From an uncultured Schleiferiaceae bacterium (GTDB taxonomy: Bacteria > Bacteroidota > Bacteroidia > Flavobacteriales > Schleiferiaceae), in NCBI GenBank assembly GCA_965655795.1, contig CBFHHY010000009.1, forward strand, positions 169 through 64,168: a DNA stretch of 64,000 nt, in the 5' to 3' direction. The notes below the pieces were generated by a model. It was not told the DNA's origin. It ran no database searches and saw only the letters and a program-made list of their open reading frames with translations. Every line of letters begins with the position of its first letter. The first letter of the stretch is position 1. Made by a program: the position numbers and the translations under genes. Shown piece by piece: positions 1 to 10,457 of the stretch.

Positions 1-1629
1 AGTTATATTAACTGGGGAGGAAGAGCTGAATCTAACTTTATTTATGGAAAACAGCTCACCAATAAATGGTCTTTAGGAGTCCTTGGGCATGTAAGCGGAC
101 GAAGTCTAAAAATCGATAATAACAATGATGGGTTTGCAGATATGCCAATTGGTTATCAAGCAAATGGAATGATCCGAGCACGATACTTCGGGCAAAATGG
201 ATGGGAAAGCCTTCACTCTTTACACATACTAAATGATGATAAAGCGGGAGGTCAGATTATAGAATCTCCAGACTTTCAAACAATTATTAACCCATGGAAA
301 TCTGAAATGATTCAAAATAGAATAGCTTATACCTCAAAAATTGGTTGGGTAAATCCCAAAAATCCAAATCAATCCGTAGGAATTATTGTAAATAGCTATC
401 GCCAAAATATGAATGGGAGCATGGGCAGTCTAGATGACCTTTTTAATAAAAAAGAAGTCGATGCTCTTCAAATTGGCGGTCTTACACAAGTGTTATTCAG
501 AAACGAGTGGGGGAAACTTAGCCAAACAAGCTCCGTCGGTTTTTACTACGATGAATACGATATTGAATTTAAAGTGAATGATATCGATCAAAACCAAAAC
601 TTTATAGAGCAGAACATTGGGGTTTCTAGCGAGTGGTCATGGGCTCCCAATGAATTTCTCACTTTGGTAGGTGGGGGGCGTTTAGATTGGCATTCTATAA
701 TTTCAAGGTCTCAAAACAAATTGCCTTTTTCACCTCGTATTCATGTGAGACTTGCACCTAATGATAAAAATGTATTTAGAATAGTCTTTGGCCAAGGTTT
801 CAGGATGGCACTACCAATAACTGAAGAATGGGGAAAGCTCGCTAGTAATAGGCAAATCGTTTGGAATCAATATGGAAATATTTTAGGTGGTGATCAATTA
901 TCATATGAGCACTCTACAAATGCCGGAATTAGCTATACAGGAAATTTTACTTTGAACTACATGCCTGGATCTGTAACTGCAAATCTCCATGGGACATGGT
1001 TTGATGAAGCTGTAATTCAAGACTTTTGGACGTATAGAAGCCGTTACATTTATCCAGATATTACATCATCAAACCCAACTGAGTTTGCAATGATATCTGG
1101 ATCGGCAGGTATATCTTCATATTATAAATTAAATAAAAACACGGAAATTCGATTAGCATATCGTTATCAAGATGTAAATGTTCGAAATGAAATACACGGC
1201 ACAAATTCAATAAGTATTCTAATGCCTGCCGCCTTTGTTTCAAAACACATAGCGATGGGAAATATAAGTAGAGAATTTAAAGATGATTGGAGTTTGGATA
1301 TGACCCTAAAAATTCATGGAGAGCAGCCAATACCTAGCACTCATCCTTGGGCTCCAGGAATAGAAGGGAATATAATCGTTAGCGCCCCAGCGTATAGGAT
1401 ATTCAATTGTCAAATACGAAAATCTATTGAAAAAGGGGACTTCTATTTAGGTGTTGAAAACATATTTAACTTTACACAAGAAAGTCCTATCGATGGAGTC
1501 ATAAATAATAGCGAGATATTGCGACCTAATCACCCTAATTTTATTCAAAATTTTGATGCGACAAGAGTCTGGGGTCCTATTTTTGGCAGGATTATTTATG
1601 TAGGTTTCAATTATAATTTGATCGATTAA
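1..1629 (+). CDS. TonB-dependent outer-membrane receptor, C-terminal barrel part (5' end lies outside the window)
   Basis: Frame 1 is open from base 1 through the ORF-track Met at 142, so the gene starts upstream of the window. Barrel hallmarks are present: [37 protein letters not shown], and the near-C-terminal [10 protein letters not shown] strand motif. Confidence 0.8.
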   Translation, partial: SYINWGGRAESNFIYGKQLTNKWSLGVLGHVSGRSLKIDNNNDGFADMPIGYQANGMIRARYFGQNGWESLHSLHILNDDKAGGQIIESPDFQTIINPWKSEMIQNRIAYTSKIGWVNPKNPNQSVGIIVNSYRQNMNGSMGSLDDLFNKKEVDALQIGGLTQVLFRNEWGKLSQTSSVGFYYDEYDIEFKVNDIDQNQNFIEQNIGVSSEWSWAPNEFLTLVGGGRLDWHSIISRSQNKLPFSPRIHVRLAPNDKNVFRIVFGQGFRMALPITEEWGKLASNRQIVWNQYGNILGGDQLSYEHSTNAGISYTGNFTLNYMPGSVTANLHGTWFDEAVIQDFWTYRSRYIYPDITSSNPTEFAMISGSAGISSYYKLNKNTEIRLAYRYQDVNVRNEIHGTNSISILMPAAFVSKHIAMGNISREFKDDWSLDMTLKIHGEQPIPSTHPWAPGIEGNIIVSAPAYRIFNCQIRKSIEKGDFYLGVENIFNFTQESPIDGVINNSEILRPNHPNFIQNFDATRVWGPIFGRIIYVGFNYNLID

Positions 1630-1630
1630 A

Positions 1631-2314
1631 ATGAAAGAATTTGTCATAGACTTAAAGAATATAATTCGAAACTTCCAACTTGGACCTCAAACTGTTCACG
1701 TTCTAAAAGGCATCGATTTAACAATCAAAAAAGGAGAATATGTTGCCTTAATGGGCCCTTCCGGTAGCGGCAAGTCAACATTGATGAACTTGCTTGGATG
1801 TCTAGATACTCCGACATCTGGTTCTTATATGATAGCTAATCGAGATGTGAGCAAAATGAATGATAATCAATTAGCCGATGTGAGAAATAAAGAAATTGGT
1901 TTCGTCTTTCAAACTTTTAATCTTATTCCAAGACAAACTGCCCTTCAAAATGTTGCATTGCCATTGGTTTACGCTGGCGAAAAAAAAGAGAAGAGAATCT
2001 TACGAGCAAAAAAGGTTTTAGATGAAGTCGGTTTATCAGATAGGATTACCCATAAACCAAATCAATTATCTGGCGGACAAAGACAACGTGTAGCGATTGC
2101 CCGAGCATTGGTAAATTCTCCTTCAATAATTCTTGCCGATGAACCCACGGGAAACTTAGATTCATCAACTTCAAATGAAATCATGAAGCTATTCGAAGAA
2201 ATTCATAAAAATGGAAATACCTTAATCATAGTAACTCACGAGGAAGAAATAGCACAGCATGCCAACCGTATAATTAGGCTAAAAGATGGTGAAATCGAAA
2301 GTGATACAAATTAA
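1631..2314 (+). CDS. ABC transporter ATP-binding protein (MacB/LolD/FtsE-like single ATPase)
   Basis: Walker [10 protein letters not shown], signature LSGGQRQR and Walker B IILADEPT are all present. The ATG lies 1 nt after the receptor stop codon. Confidence 0.9.
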   Translation: MKEFVIDLKNIIRNFQLGPQTVHVLKGIDLTIKKGEYVALMGPSGSGKSTLMNLLGCLDTPTSGSYMIANRDVSKMNDNQLADVRNKEIGFVFQTFNLIPRQTALQNVALPLVYAGEKKEKRILRAKKVLDEVGLSDRITHKPNQLSGGQRQRVAIARALVNSPSIILADEPTGNLDSSTSNEIMKLFEEIHKNGNTLIIVTHEEEIAQHANRIIRLKDGEIESDTN

Positions 2315-5013
2315 AGTTCACGCTGAACTTCGACTTCCTTGAAGCCTTCGATCACGTCACCAACTTTAATATCATTGAAGTTTTTAATATTTAAACCACA
2401 ATCTGTTCCCTTTTTTACCTCTTTAACATCGTCCTTAAACCTTTTTAAAGAGCCGAGCTCTCCAGTGTAAACAACAACAGAGTCTCGGATAACACGAATT
2501 TTCGAATTCCGAGTAATGGTTCCGTCGATAACCATACATCCAGCAATAGTACCAAACTTAGATATTTTAAAAGTCTCTCTAATTTCCAAAGAGCATGTGA
2601 TTTTCTCTTTAAAGTCAGGAGAGAGCATTCCGCCCATTGCCTCTTTAATATCATTAATCGCATCATAAATAATGCTGTAAAGGCGTATTTCAATATCTTC
2701 TTTTTCAGCAAGTTTTCTTGCTGAACCTGCAGGTCGAACTTGGAAACCTAGGATAATTGCTTTAGAAGCCGTGGCTAATAATACATCACTATCTGTAATA
2801 CCTCCAACCGCTTTGTGAACGATATTCACTTGAATTTCTTCTGTACTCAATCTCTGCAAGGAGTCTGAAAGAGCTTCGATAGAGCCATCTACATCTCCTT
2901 TTAAGACGATATTCAACTCTTGGAAATCTCCAACTGCAAGACGTCTCCCAATTTCATCAAGAGTAAGATTTTTTTGAGACCTGACAGACTGCTCACGCTG
3001 AAGCTGATTTCGACGATTGGCAATAGATTTAGCTTCTCGCTCATCGGACATCACAATATAATTGTCCCCAGCTTGGGGCGCCCCATCAAGCCCTAAAATT
3101 GATACTGGGACAGATGGCCCTGCTGTTTTCAGCTGTTTTCCTCTTTCATCCATCATTGCCCTTACTTTACCAGAATAAGGACCTACTAAAATATAATCAC
3201 CAACTTTTAATGTCCCCGTTTCGTTTAAAAGCGTAATTACATAACCACGTCCCTTGTCAAGGGTGGCCTCAATTACTGTTCCTTTTGCTGATCTATCCGG
3301 GTCAGCCTTAAGATCAAGCAGCTCTGCCTCGAGTAAAACCTTTTCCAAAAGCTTATCAACATTTAATCCAGATTTAGCAGATATATCTTGTGATTGTATT
3401 TTACCTCCCCAATCTTCAACCAAGATATTCATTTGGCTCAATTGTTCCTTGATTTTATCCGGATTTGCATCAGGTCTATCTATTTTATTAATTGCGAATA
3501 CGATGGGAACATTTGCAGCCTGAGCGTGACTTATTGCTTCCTTGGTTTGCGGCATAACAGAATCATCAGCGGAAACGACAATGATTGCAATGTCTGTTAC
3601 TTGTGCCCCACGGGCCCTCATCGCAGTAAATGCTTCGTGACCTGGAGTGTCTAAAAAAGAAATGGATTGTCCATTAAGTAATTGAACTGAATATGCACCA
3701 ATATGCTGGGTAATTCCACCTGCTTCACCAGCGATAACATTGTCTTTACGAATAAAATCAAGCAAGGATGTTTTTCCATGATCAACATGGCCCATCACCG
3801 TAACTATTGGAGAGCGAGAGACAAGGTTTTCCTCTTGGTCTTCATCATTAAAAACTTCTTGCATTTCCTCATCGACGAATTCTACACTAAAGCCAAATTC
3901 TTCAGCAATAATTGTCAAAGTTTCTTTGTCCAGTCTTTGATTCATACTGGCCATTATTCCTAAAGACATGCATGTAGAGATGACATCTGCAGGAGAGGCT
4001 GACATTTGGTTAGCAAATTCCAATAAGGTCACGAACTCCGTAAGCTTTAAAACCTTTTCTCCTTCAATACGCTCGATTTCTGCCATTTCCTTGGCTTCAG
4101 ATCTTTCAGCCCGCTTATCTCTTCTGATTTTGGAGCCTTTAGATTTTTTACTTCCACCCAACTTCTCCAAAGTTTCTTTTATCTTTTTTTCGATATCTGC
4201 CTTAGAAACTTCAGGTTTAGCTTGAGCCTTTGGATTTCTTCCTTTTCCTCCACCTAAACCAGGTCGATTGTTGTCTCTTCTTTTAGCTCCAACTGAGGCT
4301 GCGCCGGTCGTAGTTCTACCCCCTCCAGCAGCTGGCTTTTGAAGCCCCTCCGTTTTAATTCGCTTTCTTTTACCACCTTCTCCCGCAGCTTTGGGCTTTT
4401 TTGCGAACTGTTGAAGGTCTATCGTTTTACCTGTCAGTTTTGGTCCATCTAACTTTTTGTACTCAGTCTTATGGTTTGCATCCTCTTCTGATATAGTTGT
4501 AATTTTTTCAGGCTCAATATTTTTATCATCAGATTTAATAGATGACAGCTTTTCATCAGAGGGAGTCTCTATGACTTTAGAATCTGAATTTTTCTCCTGA
4601 TTTTTTTTCTGTTGAAATAACTCTTCTTTTTGCTCTCCTTTTAGTTCCTCATCCTTTGAGACGACTTCTGGTTGTTTTTTAGGACTCTTTGGTGCCAAGT
4701 CAATTTTTCCTGAAATTTTTGGCCCTTTTAGATCTAACCCGGCTCTAAAGATTTGATTTTTTTTGGGTGATTCTTCGCGCTCAGCTTGAATAGCCTCTTT
4801 TTCGTCTCGCTTTTGTTGAATAAGTGTTTCAGCTTCGTCTTTTTTTGTCTTATCCGAAGCGAAATTCTCAAGCAAAAAATCATATTCTATTTGATTAATT
4901 TTTGCATTGCGGTTTTTATCCACAACATGACCCTTCGATTTTAAATAATCGACAGCCGTATCGAGTCCAATATTTAACTCGCTGAGAACTTTACTAATTC
5001 GGTAATTACTCAT
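2311..5013 (-). CDS. infB: Translation initiation factor IF-2
   Basis: 900 aa. It has an IF2 N-terminal domain, a K/E/G-rich linker, a GTPase core ([28 protein letters not shown]) and conserved C-terminal domains. It sits in the canonical rimP-nusA-infB order. Confidence 0.97.
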   Translation of the reverse strand: MSNYRISKVLSELNIGLDTAVDYLKSKGHVVDKNRNAKINQIEYDFLLENFASDKTKKDEAETLIQQKRDEKEAIQAEREESPKKNQIFRAGLDLKGPKISGKIDLAPKSPKKQPEVVSKDEELKGEQKEELFQQKKNQEKNSDSKVIETPSDEKLSSIKSDDKNIEPEKITTISEEDANHKTEYKKLDGPKLTGKTIDLQQFAKKPKAAGEGGKRKRIKTEGLQKPAAGGGRTTTGAASVGAKRRDNNRPGLGGGKGRNPKAQAKPEVSKADIEKKIKETLEKLGGSKKSKGSKIRRDKRAERSEAKEMAEIERIEGEKVLKLTEFVTLLEFANQMSASPADVISTCMSLGIMASMNQRLDKETLTIIAEEFGFSVEFVDEEMQEVFNDEDQEENLVSRSPIVTVMGHVDHGKTSLLDFIRKDNVIAGEAGGITQHIGAYSVQLLNGQSISFLDTPGHEAFTAMRARGAQVTDIAIIVVSADDSVMPQTKEAISHAQAANVPIVFAINKIDRPDANPDKIKEQLSQMNILVEDWGGKIQSQDISAKSGLNVDKLLEKVLLEAELLDLKADPDRSAKGTVIEATLDKGRGYVITLLNETGTLKVGDYILVGPYSGKVRAMMDERGKQLKTAGPSVPVSILGLDGAPQAGDNYIVMSDEREAKSIANRRNQLQREQSVRSQKNLTLDEIGRRLAVGDFQELNIVLKGDVDGSIEALSDSLQRLSTEEIQVNIVHKAVGGITDSDVLLATASKAIILGFQVRPAGSARKLAEKEDIEIRLYSIIYDAINDIKEAMGGMLSPDFKEKITCSLEIRETFKISKFGTIAGCMVIDGTITRNSKIRVIRDSVVVYTGELGSLKRFKDDVKEVKKGTDCGLNIKNFNDIKVGDVIEGFKEVEVQREL

Positions 5014-5047
5014 ATGTTGTGAATTTTCGTTTTAATTGTTTCAAATA

Positions 5048-6289
5048 TTAATCTTCAAACTCTTTTTTAAGAACACCTCTAACTTCTTCAACGGTCTCAA
5101 TCTCTAGATCCGAACGCCTTGCTATGTCATCAGTATCGACATTCAAGATACTCTTGGCAGTATCATATCCACTTTTTCGAAGTTGCTCAATAACCCACCC
5201 TTCGATCTCGTCAGAAAATTCAACTAGTTCGACATCTTCTTCATGAACAATATCTTCTCGGTAAACATCTATTTCATACTCCGTCAACCTACTAGCCAAT
5301 CTAATGTTAGTTCCGCCCCTTCCGATCGCAAGACTTACTTGATCTGCAGGCAGATAAACATCCACTTTTTTGGTTTCTTCGTTCATGACCATATTTGTAA
5401 TTTTTGCAGGAGATAAAGCCCGTTGAATATACAATTGGTGATTTGTAGTGAAATTAATGACATCAATATTTTCACTTCTTAGCTCTCGAACAATTCCGTG
5501 AATTCTTGAACCTTTCATTCCAACGCAAGCGCCGACAGGGTCAATCCGGTCATCGTAACTCTCAACGGCTACCTTTGCCTTTTCTCCCGGTATGCGCACG
5601 ACTCCTTTTACAGTAATTATTCCATCAAAAACCTCAGGTATTTCTGTTTCAAAGAGCTTTGCTAAAAAATTATCTGCAGTTCTACTTAGGAGAATAAATG
5701 GTTTAGTACCTCGAATCTCAACTGACTTGACAATGGATCTTACAGTATCACCTTTCCTAAAAAAATCTTTTTCTGGAATCATCTCATCCCTTCGAAGAAT
5801 TAGTTCATTTTGTTGATCGTCATAAATAATTATTTCACGATTCCTAACATGATGAACTTCTCCCGTGATGATCTCACCCTCCATATCCTTGTAGCGCTTG
5901 TAGAGTTCACCACTGTCATGCTCTTGAACTTTTTGTACTAGTGTTTGACGAAATGCCAAAATGAATCGCCTACCTAAATCGATCATTTTAATTTCTTCCG
6001 AAACTTCCTCTCCAACCTCAAAATCTGGCTCGATTTTGATGGCTTCGCTATATGAAATCTCTAGATTCGGATCTTCAATAGAATCATCCTTAACAATGAT
6101 TCTATTCCTCCATATTTCCAGGTCTCCTTTATCCGGATTTACAATCACGTCAAAATTTTCGTCAGTTTCAAACTTCTTGCGAAGTTGAATGCGAAAAGCC
6201 TCTTCAATAAAAGACATAAGAGTAACTCGGTCGATGTTTTTCTCATCTTTGAACTCTCCAAATGATTCGATAATAGCTATATTTTCCAT
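5048..6289 (-). CDS. nusA: Transcription termination/antitermination factor NusA
   Basis: 413 aa with S1 and KH domains (for example VGACVGMKGSRI and AIGRGGTNIRLASRL). It lies between rimP and infB. Confidence 0.95.
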   Translation of the reverse strand: MENIAIIESFGEFKDEKNIDRVTLMSFIEEAFRIQLRKKFETDENFDVIVNPDKGDLEIWRNRIIVKDDSIEDPNLEISYSEAIKIEPDFEVGEEVSEEIKMIDLGRRFILAFRQTLVQKVQEHDSGELYKRYKDMEGEIITGEVHHVRNREIIIYDDQQNELILRRDEMIPEKDFFRKGDTVRSIVKSVEIRGTKPFILLSRTADNFLAKLFETEIPEVFDGIITVKGVVRIPGEKAKVAVESYDDRIDPVGACVGMKGSRIHGIVRELRSENIDVINFTTNHQLYIQRALSPAKITNMVMNEETKKVDVYLPADQVSLAIGRGGTNIRLASRLTEYEIDVYREDIVHEEDVELVEFSDEIEGWVIEQLRKSGYDTAKSILNVDTDDIARRSDLEIETVEEVRGVLKKEFED

Positions 6290-6301
6290 AATTCAAAAAT
6301 T

Positions 6302-6769
6302 TCAGAATTTAAAGTCTAAAACAATTTTTGACACATCCTTTAAAGGAATGGTTTTATTAATATTCTTGTCCATTTTTCCTTTTCCTTTGGCCTTCGGGAC
6401 ACGCTCCGTCCAATGGATTTCTATTTGCTTGCCGTCAAATGATTTTAAAGTCCCCTTAAAAGGGTTTCCGCTCTCGGGAGTACTAACTTTCACTGATCGA
6501 CCAATATTCTTTTTATACTGCTCCGAAACTTTAAAAGAACTGAACATACCTGGCGAGGACACCTCAATTGAATAATCATCTGAGGCATCGCCAAGTGCAT
6601 TTTCAATGGAACGGCTTAATAACTTTAGTTGATCCACAGAAATATGGCCCTCAATCAAGTCAACAAACAACTTGATTTGTTTTTCATTGTTAATATCAAG
6701 ATCCACGAGAAATGCATCAATTTTTGCAATCTCAGTTTCAATTAATTTTTTTAAGTCTAAAAACTCCAT
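6302..6769 (-). CDS. rimP: Ribosome maturation factor RimP
   Basis: A small protein directly upstream of nusA with the typical IEVSSPG motif. I prefer the ATG at 6769 (MEFLDLKK...). The ORF-track start at 6796 is a TTG that sits inside a strong hairpin. Confidence 0.85.
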   Translation of the reverse strand: MEFLDLKKLIETEIAKIDAFLVDLDINNEKQIKLFVDLIEGHISVDQLKLLSRSIENALGDASDDYSIEVSSPGMFSSFKVSEQYKKNIGRSVKVSTPESGNPFKGTLKSFDGKQIEIHWTERVPKAKGKGKMDKNINKTIPLKDVSKIVLDFKF

Positions 6770-6794
6770 CTCTATTCTAAAAAGTTTAAAGAAC

Positions 6795-6823
6795 AAAAGA
6801 GGGGACTTGCGGTCCCCTCTTTT
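6795..6823 (-). promoter_or_regulatory. Terminator-like hairpin in the rimP-nusA-infB 5' leader (candidate attenuator)
   Basis: A perfect stem AGAGGGGAC (6798-6806) / GTCCCCTCT (6812-6820) is extendable by A:T pairs. On the minus strand it is followed by TTTGTTCTTT and ends about 25 nt before the rimP ATG. No upstream same-strand gene exists for it to terminate. Confidence 0.5.
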
Positions 6824-6843
6824 CTTTCTTCAACAAGTCGTGG

Positions 6844-6851
6844 CAAAAATA
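6844..6851 (-). promoter_or_regulatory. Candidate Bacteroidota -7 promoter box (TATTTTTG) for rimP-nusA-infB
   Basis: The plus strand reads CAAAAATA, which is TAnnTTTG on the minus strand. It lies about 20 nt upstream of the leader hairpin. Confidence 0.35.
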
Positions 6852-7000
6852 CATAAAAGTTGGTTAAAGTTTACCATTCTAATAATTCATTGTCTAAACC
6901 CCTTGATCTAAGGCCAATTTTTATTTGTCACTTATCGGCTATCTTTCTTTTTGGCATTGAATTTGTCAAGTGTTTATGACTTACGATTTATTTTCTATCC

Positions 7001-8704
7001 ATGAATCTCAAAATACCTACTTTTTTTCTCCTTTCAATGTTGATAAATTCAAGTGTTTTTTCAGCGGAAAGTAATCTAAAAATTGAACCCTTAAAGCAGG
7101 ACTCTTTATCTAGGCTAAATTCAGAGTCCAGTTTTCAATCTACTTCATCAAGCTGTCTACCCATTTTAGCTCCTTATTGTGAAGACTTTGAAGACTCCTC
7201 GTGGGTCGGATACTACCCTAGTTTTGGACCGGGTTTTTATGGAAGTATTGGCAATTGCTGGTCGCGCTCTGATTCTACAGGTTTTATTTGGAGTTTTAAA
7301 ACCGGTGGGTCAACATGGAATTCTTCGGGGCCCGGACAAAGTGTTGTTTCTACAACTGGGAAATATATGTTTACCCAGCCAGATGGAAATAGTCCAATAA
7401 ACTCAACAAGCATTACCACTCCATGGTTTGATTTAACAGCACTAGATACTCCGGCAGTTTATTTTAAAAGTCATTTATATGGTGCCGCCATTCAATCTCT
7501 GTCTGTAGACATCGATTTCGGTAATGGGTGGACAAGCGCCAGCGGCCCTAATACTTTGATATCTTTAGCGCCAACACAACAAAAAAATTCACCTTGGCAA
7601 CAAAACATTGTGAACCTTCTGCAATATCAAAATGACACTGTAAGATTTCGAATAACGGGAACTAGAAGTGCTCAAGCTGCGAAAATTGCCGTTGATGATT
7701 TCTGTATTGATGAAGCCCCATTTTGCCCTCCAGCTTTAGCATCTTTTTACGATTATGGAAATTTTCTCTCTCGCGGATTCGTGGCTTCTAATGTTCCCAC
7801 CAATGCTCAATGCACGTGGGATTTTGGTGATGGCAGTTCAGGAAGCGGAACTCCGGCTTTCCACACCTATAGTACCCCAGGATCTTATAACGTGAAGCTA
7901 ACAGTCCAATTGCCCTGCGGCTCTGTTGATGATACGACTCAAATAGTGAACGTTTGCTCTTCTCTTGGCAATCCTGTTTTTACATTTCAAGAGAATGGGT
8001 TTACCTATGATTTCCAAGTATCATCTGGAGGAAATGGTTCATCAGGTTTCTTATGGGACTTTGGTGATGGGAATTTTGGTTCCGGGACAACCGTTTCACA
8101 TACTTATTCTTCCTCCGGCATATTTAATGTAATATTAAAATCTTACAATAACTGTAACGACACCAATAGCTTTAGCTCTGTTATTGATATCTGCGACCCA
8201 GCTGACTCCATTCTTGCGAATTGGACTGCGCAATTAGTTTCTACTGGGCCCGCTGGAATGGTTATAGATTTTGATGCTGAAGTCTCTTTGGGAGCCACTT
8301 ACTACAAATGGTATTTTGGAGATGGCGATTCAGGAGTTGGCAAAGTAGTAACCCATACCTACAATCCCCCAGGGCTCTTTTATAATGTCACTTTGGCTGT
8401 TTCAAATGATTGTAATGGAGCTGATGCCATCACAAAGTCATTGACAACAATTGGAACCAATGAAGAGGAGCTAAATTCCAATAAAATTTGGCCAACCGTC
8501 CTTTCTCGGGGTCAAAAATTATATTTTACAACAAATAGGGATCCATCAAGGTTTAGAAATAAAATTAAAATTATTGACTCCCTAGGCAGAATAATGAAGT
8601 ACTACAAAATGTCTGATGGAATTGAAATCCCCAGTCACTGGCCGAGTGGGAGCTATTTCATAAAAATTGACAATAAAACCTTCAAGTTCTTTTTGACGAA
8701 ATAA
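7001..8704 (+). CDS. Secreted MAM-like / PKD-repeat protein with T9SS C-terminal sorting domain
   Basis: There is a signal peptide and an N-terminal MAM-like region (CEDFEDSSW...GNCWSRS...IAVDDFCIDE). Three to four PKD-type repeats follow (WDFGDGSSGSGTPAFHTYSTPGSYNVKLTV, WDFGDGNFGSGTTVSHTYSSSGIFNVILKS, YFGDGDSGVGKVVTHTYNPPGLFYNVTLAV). The protein ends in a roughly 80-aa Por-type tail (...SGSYFIKIDNKTFKFFLTK). Confidence 0.85.
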   Translation: MNLKIPTFFLLSMLINSSVFSAESNLKIEPLKQDSLSRLNSESSFQSTSSSCLPILAPYCEDFEDSSWVGYYPSFGPGFYGSIGNCWSRSDSTGFIWSFKTGGSTWNSSGPGQSVVSTTGKYMFTQPDGNSPINSTSITTPWFDLTALDTPAVYFKSHLYGAAIQSLSVDIDFGNGWTSASGPNTLISLAPTQQKNSPWQQNIVNLLQYQNDTVRFRITGTRSAQAAKIAVDDFCIDEAPFCPPALASFYDYGNFLSRGFVASNVPTNAQCTWDFGDGSSGSGTPAFHTYSTPGSYNVKLTVQLPCGSVDDTTQIVNVCSSLGNPVFTFQENGFTYDFQVSSGGNGSSGFLWDFGDGNFGSGTTVSHTYSSSGIFNVILKSYNNCNDTNSFSSVIDICDPADSILANWTAQLVSTGPAGMVIDFDAEVSLGATYYKWYFGDGDSGVGKVVTHTYNPPGLFYNVTLAVSNDCNGADAITKSLTTIGTNEEELNSNKIWPTVLSRGQKLYFTTNRDPSRFRNKIKIIDSLGRIMKYYKMSDGIEIPSHWPSGSYFIKIDNKTFKFFLTK

Positions 8705-8709
8705 AAAAT

Positions 8710-8739
8710 CCTTGGTAAATCTGTATGGATTTACCAAGG
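8710..8739 (-). terminator. Intrinsic terminator hairpin between the convergent PKD gene and tRNA-Gln
   Basis: A 12-bp perfect stem CCTTGGTAAATC / GATTTACCAAGG encloses a 6-nt loop. The A-run at 8703-8709 gives a U-tract on the minus strand, downstream of the tRNA. It may also stop the plus-strand gene. Confidence 0.7.
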
Positions 8740-8747
8740 ATATAAAG

Positions 8748-8818
8748 TTGCCCCACTAGGACTCGAACCTAGACTGACGGTACCAAAAACCGCTGTCCTG
8801 CCTTTAGACGATGGGGCA
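8748..8818 (-). tRNA. tRNA-Gln (anticodon UUG)
   Basis: The reverse complement folds as a cloverleaf: acceptor TGCCCCA/TGGGGCA, anticodon stem GCGGT/ACCGT with loop TTTTGGT (anticodon TTG), T arm CTAGG-TTCGAGT-CCTAG, discriminator A. No CCA is encoded. Confidence 0.93.
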
Positions 8819-8832
8819 CCGTTTTGGGTCGA

Positions 8833-8840
8833 CAAAGTTA
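8833..8840 (-). promoter_or_regulatory. Candidate -7 box (TAACTTTG) for tRNA-Gln
   Basis: The plus strand reads CAAAGTTA, about 15 nt upstream of the mature tRNA 5' end. Confidence 0.35.
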
Positions 8841-8869
8841 ATCAGTGAACCTTACCAGACAAATGATTT

Positions 8870-10417
8870 TTATAATGGAATATTACCATGTTTACGCTTT
8901 GGCGGCTCAACAACTTTATTTTCCAGTATATCAAACGCTTTGATCAACTTAAAACGGGTCTCTTTAGGCTCTATTACTTCATCCAGAAAACCTCTCGCTG
9001 CAGCTTTATAAGGATTTGCAAACTCTGAGGCGTATTGATTTTCTTTTTTCTTCCAAGTGGTCTCTGGGTCCTCTGAATTTCTTATTTCGTCTTTAAAAAT
9101 AATTTCTGCAGCGCCCTTAGACCCCATGACCGCGATTTCAGCGCTAGGCCATGCATAATTCATGTCTGCACCAATGTGCTTGGAATTCATTACATCATAT
9201 GCTCCGCCATAAGCCTTTCTTGTGATTACTGTAATCCGTGGAACGGTTGCCTCAGAAAAAGCGAAAAGAAGCTTAGCCCCATTTGTTATTACTCCATTCC
9301 ATTCTTGATCTGTGCCCGGCAAAAATCCAGGTACATCTTCAAGCACTAATAAAGGAATATTAAAAGCATCACAAAAGCGAACAAACCGAGCGCCTTTTCT
9401 GCTGGCTTGATTATCTAATACGCCGGCTAGAAATAAAGGCTGATTAGCCACTATGCCTAATGACCGGCCCGCAAGACGAGCAAAACCGACAACTATATTT
9501 TCGGCCCAATTTTCATGGACTTCAAAAAAGGAATCTGAATCTGCGATTTCATTGATAATCTCTCTCATATCATAAGACTTCTCAGAACTAATAGGAATTA
9601 TTTCTTCTAATACAGGCCTAGATTCATCCATAGACTCGTATCCATATTTTGGGACTAAATCTTCACAATTTTGAGGTAAGAATGATAGCAGTTTTTTAAA
9701 ACCTGTAATTGCTGAGGGTTCATCTTTATATGAAAAATGAGAGACTCCACTTTTTGATGCGTGAGTTTCTGAACCTCCCAGAGATTCAGAACTCACCTCT
9801 TCATGAGTAACTGTTTTAACCACATTAGGGCCAGTAACAAACATATAGCTAGTGCTATCAACCATTCCAACGAAATCCGTTAATGCTGGAGAATAAACCG
9901 CCCCTCCTGCACATGGACCCATGATCAAACTCAATTGTGGAATTACACCTGAAGCCTTTGTATTTCTAAAAAAAATATCTGCATATCCCCCCAAAGAGAC
10001 AACACCTTCTTGAATTCGGGCACCACCTGAATCGTTCAAGCCAATAATAGGAACCCCATTTTGTAGTGCTAAATCCATGATTCTACATATTTTTTCAGCG
10101 TGTGCCTCCGCCAATGAACCGCCCAAAACAGTAAAATCTTGAGCATAGGCATAAACTGACCTTTGATCAACTCTTCCAAATGCTGTTATTACACCGTCAC
10201 CAAGAAAATTTTTTTTATCTAATCCAAAAAGTGTGCTCCTATGAGTGACCATTTGACCAATCTCTTCAAATTCACCATTATCAAAAAGTAACTCTAATCT
10301 TTCACGAGCCGTAAGCTTTCCTTTAGCATGCTGGGCTTCTATTCTCTTTTTCCCTCCGCCTTGTCGTGCTTGCTTTCTTAAGGATTTTAATTTATCTAAG
10401 GATTCCTTCTTTGACAT
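8870..10417 (-). CDS. Acyl-CoA carboxylase carboxyltransferase (beta) subunit, propionyl-CoA carboxylase / methylmalonyl-CoA decarboxylase type
   Basis: 515 aa with carboxyltransferase motifs: KLTARERLELLFD, GGSLAEAHAEKI, NDSGGARIQEGV, MGPCAGGAVYSPA. Confidence 0.9.
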   Translation of the reverse strand: MSKKESLDKLKSLRKQARQGGGKKRIEAQHAKGKLTARERLELLFDNGEFEEIGQMVTHRSTLFGLDKKNFLGDGVITAFGRVDQRSVYAYAQDFTVLGGSLAEAHAEKICRIMDLALQNGVPIIGLNDSGGARIQEGVVSLGGYADIFFRNTKASGVIPQLSLIMGPCAGGAVYSPALTDFVGMVDSTSYMFVTGPNVVKTVTHEEVSSESLGGSETHASKSGVSHFSYKDEPSAITGFKKLLSFLPQNCEDLVPKYGYESMDESRPVLEEIIPISSEKSYDMREIINEIADSDSFFEVHENWAENIVVGFARLAGRSLGIVANQPLFLAGVLDNQASRKGARFVRFCDAFNIPLLVLEDVPGFLPGTDQEWNGVITNGAKLLFAFSEATVPRITVITRKAYGGAYDVMNSKHIGADMNYAWPSAEIAVMGSKGAAEIIFKDEIRNSEDPETTWKKKENQYASEFANPYKAAARGFLDEVIEPKETRFKLIKAFDILENKVVEPPKRKHGNIPL

Positions 10418-10457
10418 GATAACGAAGTTAGTCCCAAATAATTAAAGGTTTGTTGCT

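Noticed and set aside
3254-4225. Series of 85-89-aa plus-strand ORFs inside infB
   Set aside because: They are shadow ORFs opposite the conserved IF-2 GTPase region. They show Ser/Leu-rich nonsense composition.
4200-4900. Purine-rich, low-complexity, repeat-looking DNA (K/E/G-rich translation)
   Set aside because: This is the normal low-complexity linker of IF-2. The similar stretch at about 29200-29850 is the coiled coil of the EnvC-like protein. Neither is a repeat element or a CRISPR array.
6189-6575. 128-aa plus-strand ORF spanning the nusA start and the rimP 3' end
   Set aside because: It is antisense to two well-supported genes and crosses their junction, and it has no recognisable motif.
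8705-8869. tRNA-Gln as a possible integration hotspot or genomic-island border
   Set aside because: No integrase, direct repeat of the tRNA 3' end, or foreign-looking genes flank it. Both neighbours are ordinary chromosomal genes.
8811-9011. 66-aa plus-strand ORF overlapping tRNA-Gln and the 3' end of the carboxyltransferase gene
   Set aside because: It overlaps a clear tRNA and a conserved CDS on the other strand.
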